Virus record (IMG/VR): IMGVR_UViG_3300015375_000848
Length of the DNA stretch: 64,000 nt
Origin: an uncultured virus (IMG/VR IMGVR_UViG_3300015375_000848)
Lineage: Duplodnaviria > Heunggongvirae > Uroviricota > Caudoviricetes
Direction: 5' to 3' (one strand)
Shown: piece after piece, positions 36,916 through 43,818 of the stretch
Layout: the number at the start of each line of letters is the position of its first letter
Position numbering within the stretch: position 1 is the stretch's first letter
Notes under the pieces: model-generated
The model's input: the letters and a program-made list of their open reading frames with translations, nothing else
Databases searched by the model: none
What the model was told of the DNA's origin: nothing
Position numbers and translations under genes: made by a program

Positions 36916-36958
36916 AAAAGGGGCTGAAGCGGGAATTTCTCTTGCTTCGCCCTTTTTT
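36916..36958 (+). terminator. Strong Rho-independent terminator
   Basis: AAAAGGGGC-T-GAAGCGGGA / TCTTGCTTC-GCCCTTTT stem followed by a T tract. Confidence 0.8.
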
Positions 36959-36983
36959 ACATTGAAATAGTTAAATTTGTTGT

Positions 36984-37391
36984 ATGTCAAATTCAAGAGT
37001 AAACTTATATAGCTATACAGCAGCTTCAAACCCTTACTTTGTCAAGTCTCTAGCACATAAATATGGCTACGAGTATGATAAAGAACAAAGTTTGGCTTCT
37101 GTGTTACAACAACTAGTAAGCTATGAAGGTGAGCCCGTTTTGATGGAAATTATTGAGAATAATCCTGATAAAGACCTTTTCATGGAATACTATGATAAAA
37201 AGTATGCCAAAAAAGAGGAAGAGAAAAAATCAACACAGCCTAGTGAGATTGCTTCTTATATGAACTTTACTGGTCAGCTTGCTGCTGTTCAGCAACTTCA
37301 GGAAAATAAAAAAATTACTACAGAAACTAGCTTAATGGTTTTAGCTGGTGCTGTTTTGATTGCGTTTGCAATCGTAACTACTAAAAAGTAA
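36984..37391 (+). CDS. C-terminally anchored virion membrane protein
   Basis: C-terminal TM followed by KK; MNFTG motif. Confidence 0.75.
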   Translation: MSNSRVNLYSYTAASNPYFVKSLAHKYGYEYDKEQSLASVLQQLVSYEGEPVLMEIIENNPDKDLFMEYYDKKYAKKEEEKKSTQPSEIASYMNFTGQLAAVQQLQENKKITTETSLMVLAGAVLIAFAIVTTKK

Positions 37392-37394
37392 ATT

Positions 37395-38084
37395 ATGGCT
37401 TTAGATGCTTTACAAGTAACAAGAAGCTTACTTGCATATCAAGTGGTAAACGACAGAGGGTCACTTGAAAGATTATTGAAAAGAAACGGTGTTTCAGTAC
37501 CAGAAAACGCAAGTGATGCTGAAGTCATTTCTGCTTCGCTTTTCACGGCTGGTAAAAGTGCTAATTTCAAAAAAGAGCTAGCCTCTCTTCTATCGGGTAA
37601 GGCAAAAACAGCTGGAGAGAAATTTTCTTCTTTTGTAGGTCAAGAAATGGGTTTTACTGGTCTTGACGATTTTTCCTTTACTGGTATGGAAGGTTTTGAA
37701 AGTTGGAACGGTGGAACACAACAGTTAAGTCTTGCCGTAAAACAAGGAATTGATAGTGGTAAAATAAAAACGAAGAAAGATAAGACTGGTGCTGGTAAAG
37801 CATTATCCTCAATCGGTACTTTTTTCAAGGAGAATGTTCTTACAAGAGAAAATATTGATACAGCTGTAAATATTGGTCTGACAAAGATTAACACGCAGAC
37901 TCAAAATAAAGCTAATAAAATAGCTCAAGAGGGTCTTGTAATACAGCAATATCAAGATGATATCAGAAACCAGCAAGCTTCAAAAGCCAAAGGTGGTTTA
38001 AGCACTGGCGCATGGGTAGCTATCGGTTTAGGGGTGGCTGCTATCGTTGGAATTGGAATATATCTTTCAACCAGAAAAAAATAA
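37395..38084 (+). CDS. C-terminally anchored virion membrane protein
   Basis: C-terminal TM followed by RKK; three F[VT]G motifs. Confidence 0.75.
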   Translation: MALDALQVTRSLLAYQVVNDRGSLERLLKRNGVSVPENASDAEVISASLFTAGKSANFKKELASLLSGKAKTAGEKFSSFVGQEMGFTGLDDFSFTGMEGFESWNGGTQQLSLAVKQGIDSGKIKTKKDKTGAGKALSSIGTFFKENVLTRENIDTAVNIGLTKINTQTQNKANKIAQEGLVIQQYQDDIRNQQASKAKGGLSTGAWVAIGLGVAAIVGIGIYLSTRKK

Positions 38085-38087
38085 AAG

Positions 38088-38549
38088 ATGAAAACAAGAG
38101 ATATTGTAATACTTGCTGTAATCGGTTTAGCTGCTTATTATCTTTTAATGGGTAAGAAAAAACCCTTAAAAAAAGAGGATATGCCAGCTGGTAAGGGCGG
38201 GTCTGCTACTCCCGTTTTCAAGGGTAATGGTGCCCCACAACCGCAACCTAGACCAACTGCAACTGTAGTTACTGTTGACGATTTGAGCAAAAAGGTAAAG
38301 CCAATGTTGGTGCAGACAGATTATGTAATGCCTGATATTGAGAAGCCAGCACTTAAGCAGCCAATAGAAGTGCCAGCACTAAATTTAATTCCGAATGTTT
38401 ATGATAGGGGTGTAAATCAACCTCTACCTAATAAAGATGCTTACTATGCAAGCTTTGCTGGTCAGTGTAGCGAAGACATACAGACCGCATGTGCATGTGC
38501 TAGCTCTAAAAAAGAAAAATTTAATATAGATATTCCAAAATTACCATAA
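38088..38549 (+). CDS. N-anchored Pro-rich membrane protein
   Basis: N-terminal TM followed by KKK; SFAG motif. Confidence 0.7.
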   Translation: MKTRDIVILAVIGLAAYYLLMGKKKPLKKEDMPAGKGGSATPVFKGNGAPQPQPRPTATVVTVDDLSKKVKPMLVQTDYVMPDIEKPALKQPIEVPALNLIPNVYDRGVNQPLPNKDAYYASFAGQCSEDIQTACACASSKKEKFNIDIPKLP

Positions 38550-38776
38550 TGGCAGAGGCTAAAGAAATACTAGATAAGCTCAAAAATTTAAAGTCAACTT
38601 CTACTTCAATGGATATGAAAAGAAGAAAAGGGCTAATAAACGGGGGGTTAATTGGTATGGCTGGCGGTGTGCTTATTGGGCTTACCAGAAATTACAATTT
38701 GATTTCTTCCGCAATTGTTGGAGCTTTGATAGGGGGTCTTGTAACATCTGTAATTCTTCCTAAATCTGATGACTAA
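38549..38776 (+). CDS. Glycine-zipper two-TM protein
   Basis: GxxxG-rich hydrophobic hairpin. Confidence 0.7.
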   Translation: MAEAKEILDKLKNLKSTSTSMDMKRRKGLINGGLIGMAGGVLIGLTRNYNLISSAIVGALIGGLVTSVILPKSDD

Positions 38777-39204
38777 TGGCAAAAAATGTTACTAAAATAG
38801 TTGCTGGGGCACTTGCAGTTGTAGGTGCATATTTTATTTTTAAATATTTTCAAAAACCAAAGTCAACACAGCCCGTTCAAGGTGAGCCAGACGTTATTGC
38901 GCCTCCATCATCAAAACCAGATAGTGGATATCCTCTGAAAAGAGGAAGCACTGGAAGGTTAGTATCATCTGTTCAGCAGTGGGTTTTAAAAATTGACCCT
39001 ACTCTGTTACCAAAGTATGGTGCAGATGGGAAATTTGGAGCAGAAACGGAGACGGCATTGCAAAACCTTATTGGTAAGAAAACTATTGATTCTAATTCCG
39101 ATATAGATAAACTTATTTTAAAATATAATCAGAAAAAATTTCCTTTGGTGGCTACACCAAAAGGGGGTACTTCACCAGTTTATAAACCATTTGGAACATT
39201 CTAA
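38776..39204 (+). CDS. N-anchored protein with peptidoglycan-binding domain (PG_binding_1)
   Basis: LKRGSTG..V..VQ....ADGKFG.ETE.AL. Confidence 0.8.
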   Translation: MAKNVTKIVAGALAVVGAYFIFKYFQKPKSTQPVQGEPDVIAPPSSKPDSGYPLKRGSTGRLVSSVQQWVLKIDPTLLPKYGADGKFGAETETALQNLIGKKTIDSNSDIDKLILKYNQKKFPLVATPKGGTSPVYKPFGTF

Positions 39205-39222
39205 ACAAAAAAAAACCATAAA

Positions 39223-39513
39223 ATGGAAAACACGGTTAAAGACAAAGATTTAACTGCCAATCAATTGTATAAAATTTATAGAGATGAAGGAGGTACATTA
39301 AAGTTTTCAGACTGGCTTACAAGGGAAAAAACAAAAGGAATTTTTCCATTGAATGGCGATTTGAATACTGGAGTACAAGAAACTCTAAAAAAAGTAAAAG
39401 AAGAAGAAATGAAAAAAACTTATTTAGGATTCCCCGTTTCCACTTTGCTTATTGCGGGTGGTGTAATTATATTAGCTGTAGTAGCAGCAAAAATGTTAAA
39501 AAAGAAAAACTGA
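39223..39513 (+). CDS. C-terminally anchored membrane protein
   Basis: C-terminal TM followed by KKKN. Confidence 0.7.
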   Translation: MENTVKDKDLTANQLYKIYRDEGGTLKFSDWLTREKTKGIFPLNGDLNTGVQETLKKVKEEEMKKTYLGFPVSTLLIAGGVIILAVVAAKMLKKKN

Positions 39514-39518
39514 TTATT

Positions 39519-39803
39519 ATGAAATATGGTCAATTTTTTGTAGGTCTTTTGGTTGGGGCAGTGGCTATGCATGTTTTGCATAAAATGGGATATATGTCAA
39601 ATAATCCTAAAAATGCACCTGACGTTGTAAAAGATGTAAACCAAGAAGAACTAACTAATTATTCAGACCCACTGCGTAAAAAGTATGATATAGTTTTAAA
39701 GCCTAATAAATACTCTAAAAAGGTAGTTGAAAAGGCCAAAGACCTTACTCGTGGTAGGTACGAAGTTGACTTAAATAAAGTAAAACAGCCAGTATCACTA
39801 TAG
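39519..39803 (+). CDS. N-anchored membrane protein
   Basis: N-terminal TM. Confidence 0.65.
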   Translation: MKYGQFFVGLLVGAVAMHVLHKMGYMSNNPKNAPDVVKDVNQEELTNYSDPLRKKYDIVLKPNKYSKKVVEKAKDLTRGRYEVDLNKVKQPVSL

Positions 39804-39835
39804 TTTGATTATTAAAGGAAAAGTATCATTTTACT

Positions 39836-40633
39836 ATGACCTATACACTTTGGACAAGATATGAGCCTATAATGATTAAGCTTGTGTTACAGACTACATC
39901 CCCTCAAGATATAGTCTTGAAAGTGTATGACCCAAATCAAGCTAATACTTTTTTCACTAATAGAGAGAAGAGCGTAAACGGAGTTGAAGAGCTTTTTGTA
40001 AGGATGCCTTTATCGCCAAGCGTTGTAAAGCTTGAGGTGTACAATAAAAAAACGGGTAATGTACCCAAAGGTCAAGACCCCTCTTTTTCAGTTTTGGCAA
40101 TTAAAAAAGAAGACCTTGATATAACTCTGCCCAAAACCAAAATGGACACTTTTGCTGTTCGTAATTTTGTTGCGTTTGCTCAAAAGTTTTCATACAATGC
40201 TGGGTGGTTGTCTGCTCCTAAAGATTATTTAAGTTCGGTGGGAGCTTTTAAAATTGAATACTTGCCTTTCATCATTAATTCAAAAGGCGAGAAAATGTCT
40301 ACGCCAGCAAGAATTAGTACAAAAAACGGTAGGATTCAAGTTTCACAGCAAGCTTTTCGTGAATATACTATACCTATGCGTATGGCTATTTTGCTTCATG
40401 AATTCAGCCATTTTTATTTGAATTCTGACATATCCGATGAAACGGAAGCTGATTTAAACGGATTGACAATTTACTTAGGATTGGGGTATCCTATAAGAGA
40501 AGCTTATCAAGCTTTTACCAGCACTTTTGTTGGGCATCCAACAGACCAAAACAAACAGCGTTACGATATTATTGATAAATTTATAAGAGATTATATTCAA
40601 GAATATAAACTGAAAGATGTTTATGCTAAATAA
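39836..40633 (+). CDS. Zincin (HExxH) metalloprotease
   Basis: TPARI..I.V....F......R.AILLHEFSH...E.EAD; N-terminal beta domain. Confidence 0.85.
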   Translation: MTYTLWTRYEPIMIKLVLQTTSPQDIVLKVYDPNQANTFFTNREKSVNGVEELFVRMPLSPSVVKLEVYNKKTGNVPKGQDPSFSVLAIKKEDLDITLPKTKMDTFAVRNFVAFAQKFSYNAGWLSAPKDYLSSVGAFKIEYLPFIINSKGEKMSTPARISTKNGRIQVSQQAFREYTIPMRMAILLHEFSHFYLNSDISDETEADLNGLTIYLGLGYPIREAYQAFTSTFVGHPTDQNKQRYDIIDKFIRDYIQEYKLKDVYAK

Positions 40634-40639
40634 TTAAAA

Positions 40640-41194
40640 ATGGCACAGAAATACAGCTTTTATAGAGATTTACCGTCATGGGCAAAAGGCGTTTTTGTTA
40701 TTGGAGTAGGTGTAGTTGGATATATTATCCTTAATAAAGTATATAAAGGGATTAAAGGTGCAGCAGATAAGAGTAAAGAAAGTAAAACCACTAAAGATAT
40801 TCAGCAAGAGCTAAAAGATTTACAAAATCAAGGAGTTAGAAAAAGTTTTGCAGATTCTCAATACAAGGCTTGGGCAGACATAATTCAGCAACAATTTGAC
40901 GGCTGCGACTCAAAACAGAATGTCTTTGATATGAGTGACCCCCTTTTAGGATGGGCTGGGTCGTTTAGCGGTAGTGGGAAGCTAGTTGCTGGAATATTTA
41001 ATCAGTTAAAAAATAATACTGATTTTGCTGCTTTAGTAGCTGCTTACGGAGTCCGCACTTATGACCAGTGTGGTTTATGGACTGGAGATGTAACTGGAAA
41101 TATTTACAAAGCCATAGCTGATGAGTTAGACGAGGGAGAGAGAAGAGAATTGAACAAAAAATTAGCAACAAAAGGAATAACATACAAAGTTTAA
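40640..41194 (+). CDS. N-anchored virion membrane protein
   Basis: TM near the N-terminus plus a helical domain. Confidence 0.7.
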   Translation: MAQKYSFYRDLPSWAKGVFVIGVGVVGYIILNKVYKGIKGAADKSKESKTTKDIQQELKDLQNQGVRKSFADSQYKAWADIIQQQFDGCDSKQNVFDMSDPLLGWAGSFSGSGKLVAGIFNQLKNNTDFAALVAAYGVRTYDQCGLWTGDVTGNIYKAIADELDEGERRELNKKLATKGITYKV

Positions 41195-41204
41195 AATAAA
41201 AATT

Positions 41205-41741
41205 ATGCCAGCACCAGTAGCAGTATTTTTAGCACCAACAGCGGGGGGTATAGCTCTAATAAGTAAACGAAAACAAGCAAGAAGAGCTCAAGCAGCCTCT
41301 AATAAATGGTCTACACAATTTCCTTTAGTAGATGACTTCGCCTCCCAGCAAGCTATGATTAATCAAGCTCAATTGCAACTGAAAACTCTTCAGGCTCAAG
41401 GGGGAAAGTCCAAGCAAGTAAAAGCTGAAATAGCCCAATTATCTAAGTGGATTGGTGTCATGAAAGCTCAACTTAAGGATTTGAAAACGGGCTTAGATAT
41501 GGCAAGTACCAATATTCAAAAAGCTCCTTCTCCTAAAGCAATTTCAGAATCATCTCTTCCCGTTGCTCAAATAACTACTGGAACAGACAATATTCCTACT
41601 GGAGTATCTTCAACTGACGTAGCGCAAAATGTAGCAAATGGCGGTAATTTAGCTACAGCAACAAAAAAGCCTACAAACTGGCTTTTGATTGGTGGAGTGG
41701 TAGTAGGTGTTGTTCTTTTATTTAGAATGTTTAAAAAGTAA
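41205..41741 (+). CDS. C-terminally anchored coiled-coil protein
   Basis: TNWLL + TM + KK end, similar to 30455. Confidence 0.7.
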   Translation: MPAPVAVFLAPTAGGIALISKRKQARRAQAASNKWSTQFPLVDDFASQQAMINQAQLQLKTLQAQGGKSKQVKAEIAQLSKWIGVMKAQLKDLKTGLDMASTNIQKAPSPKAISESSLPVAQITTGTDNIPTGVSSTDVAQNVANGGNLATATKKPTNWLLIGGVVVGVVLLFRMFKK

Positions 41742-41744
41742 TTT

Positions 41745-42329
41745 ATGGCAATAGATATGATTGAAAATAATGAGCTTGGTGCTTTAGCCCCAAGTCGTTT
41801 AGGTTTAAGAGAATTCGCTGATGATAAATGGGCGTATAAAAACTATACGGGGGGGGACGATTTTTTCAATCTTTTGGGAAGCCGTAAGAAGAAAATGGAA
41901 AAATATAGCAGTTGGGCTAGGACAAAGTTTGAAAATCTATCTACCGATTGTGATAAAATTCAAGGTAGTATTGAAATCATCAATAATGAGATTCAGCTTC
42001 TTTTGAAGCAAAAGCAAACTTTAAACATAAAAACTCAACTCAAAGAAACAAATCAAATTCTGGCTGATTTCAAGAGAACGCAAATTGAGCAAGATTGTGA
42101 GAGAATTCTAACTCAAGCAAAATCTGAAAAAGAAAGAGAACAAACACTTGCTACCCTTACACAGCTAAGTGATGTTTCAGTTGGAAAAGCGCAACAAGAA
42201 TTAGCTGGTTTACAAGCTGGTCTTTCTCCACAAGAGGCTGCCTCTCAAGCTAACATGAAAAAGTATTTATTATATGGTGGTATAGGTTTGGGTGCTATAC
42301 TTTTAATTGCCCTAATTACAAAAAAATGA
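41745..42329 (+). CDS. C-terminally anchored coiled-coil protein
   Basis: Cys-paired helical hairpin like 30455; C-terminal TM followed by KK. Confidence 0.7.
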   Translation: MAIDMIENNELGALAPSRLGLREFADDKWAYKNYTGGDDFFNLLGSRKKKMEKYSSWARTKFENLSTDCDKIQGSIEIINNEIQLLLKQKQTLNIKTQLKETNQILADFKRTQIEQDCERILTQAKSEKEREQTLATLTQLSDVSVGKAQQELAGLQAGLSPQEAASQANMKKYLLYGGIGLGAILLIALITKK

Positions 42330-42817
42330 AAGGCTTAAAAACTATATCGTTAATCGCTGGTCTAGGTATTATTGGATATGCTGTATATAGATATTATCTA
42401 AAACAAATAGATTTTATCAAGGATATTACATATCAGGTAACTGGATTACGTGTTAAGGAGTTCAAGAAGAACAACGTATCAATTGATATCACAGCTCTTA
42501 TCTTCAATGCTTCAAATGTGGAAGCAACAGTTACTCAAATGTATCTGGATGTTTTTATAAACGGTGTCAAGGTTGGTAACGTAAACGAAATCAAAGATAT
42601 CCCTATTTTGCCCAAGCAGTCTAGTAGTATTCAATTCAACTTTTCTTTTGACCCTCAATTAATTGCTAAAAATATCGTAGATTTGGTGACGTTAAGTGTG
42701 GCTGCAAAAGATATCGTAATTGATATCAAGGGCTATATTAGGGTAAAAAGTGGGTTTTTGAGCACACCTTTACCTTTTGAATATAGAAATAATTTAAAAA
42801 GCTACTTAAAAAAATAA
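42326..42817 (+). CDS. LEA_2/WHy-domain membrane protein
   Basis: N-terminal TM; I.N.SN....V......V..NG..VG.....I.P...S.....F pattern. Confidence 0.8.
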   Translation: MKGLKTISLIAGLGIIGYAVYRYYLKQIDFIKDITYQVTGLRVKEFKKNNVSIDITALIFNASNVEATVTQMYLDVFINGVKVGNVNEIKDIPILPKQSSSIQFNFSFDPQLIAKNIVDLVTLSVAAKDIVIDIKGYIRVKSGFLSTPLPFEYRNNLKSYLKK

Positions 42818-42823
42818 CCCCAA

Positions 42824-43096
42824 ATGGGAGCAACTAACGTACATACAGAAACATTACTGACTGGGACTTTGACAATAAGTTCAGCTGATAATGTTTTACG
42901 AGTAAGTGTAATTTGTAGGAGCGGTACAGTCACGGCTATTGGCGGTGCTTCTTTTCAAGGAAATCCATCTTCTGCAGTGCAATTTGCAACGGGTGAGGGA
43001 ATTACTTTGACTGCTCCAAATGCTAGTCAGCCAATTGATGGATTTACGGTTGATGCTAGCAGCGGAGTTGCTGAATTAGTTATTTCATATCAATAA
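42824..43096 (+). CDS. Small all-beta structural protein (possible vertex/penton or fibre adaptor)
   Basis: All-beta composition; lies just before the fibre genes. Confidence 0.45.
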   Translation: MGATNVHTETLLTGTLTISSADNVLRVSVICRSGTVTAIGGASFQGNPSSAVQFATGEGITLTAPNASQPIDGFTVDASSGVAELVISYQ

Positions 43097-43107
43097 AATA
43101 TAAAACT

Positions 43108-43254
43108 ATGGCAAACTACATCGTATCAGAGCCTCAACGCAAAGAAGACGGAACGTTTTTGATTAGTTTACTTTCAGAAGAAGGAACAGTTCTTGCTGAA
43201 GGCGAAGGAGCTACCCAAGAGGAAGCAGAAGAGGATGCAAAATCCAAATTATAA
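43108..43254 (+). CDS. 48-aa acidic protein
   Basis: Manual translation MANYIVSEPQRKEDGTF...GEGATQEEAEEDAKSKL. Confidence 0.6.
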   Translation: MANYIVSEPQRKEDGTFLISLLSEEGTVLAEGEGATQEEAEEDAKSKL

Positions 43255-43276
43255 TTAAAACAAAAAAACCATAAAA

Positions 43277-43714
43277 ATGCAAGACTTCATCACAAACGAA
43301 ACAAACAAAATTTTCAGTAAAGCCATCAAAAGATTTGCAAAAAAAGACAGTATTGAAGAGGATAAAGTTTCTCTTCTTTTACATCTTTTTGACGAAGGAG
43401 AAATTAATGAGAGTGGAGAGCTAGAAAGAAAAGTCGGGTACAAAATTTGTCATAATTATGCGCCAGTTAAAAGCGTAGGAATTTTGGAAGTTTTGGGAGT
43501 AAAGGTTGATTTAAAAATGTATTCTTTCATAGTCCCTCCGCAAATAAAAAATATTATAGAAAATTTTGAATCTGAATTAGGTTCAAGAGATGTAGAAATA
43601 GGGGTTTATTTAAACAGAGATGATTCTGATGAGGTAAACTACTTTTTATTTAGTAATGGTCAATTAGTAAAAAAATTTGAGTTAGAACAAGTCTTAAAAT
43701 TAGAAGTAACATGA
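43277..43714 (+). CDS. Hypothetical protein
   Basis: ORF with the AAACCATAAAA leader. Confidence 0.7.
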   Translation: MQDFITNETNKIFSKAIKRFAKKDSIEEDKVSLLLHLFDEGEINESGELERKVGYKICHNYAPVKSVGILEVLGVKVDLKMYSFIVPPQIKNIIENFESELGSRDVEIGVYLNRDDSDEVNYFLFSNGQLVKKFELEQVLKLEVT

Positions 43715-43818
43715 TAGAATGCTGTGCTTTTGGATTTAATAGTTATAACACCAAACAAATTATTAACAGTAATAGGTTTGGTTTTTGCGTTTTAAGACTA
43801 TCATAAAATTTAAAATCC

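Noticed and set aside
43108..43254. dsRNA-binding domain suggested by GEGxxxxxAExxA
   Set aside because: The protein is only 48 aa and strongly acidic, lacking the basic KKxA residues needed for RNA binding.
1893..43443. Short minus-strand ORFs overlapping plus-strand genes (e.g. 1893, 6230, 11633, 18385, 31110, 36670)
   Set aside because: They are largely or entirely antisense to well-supported genes and show no recognisable motifs.
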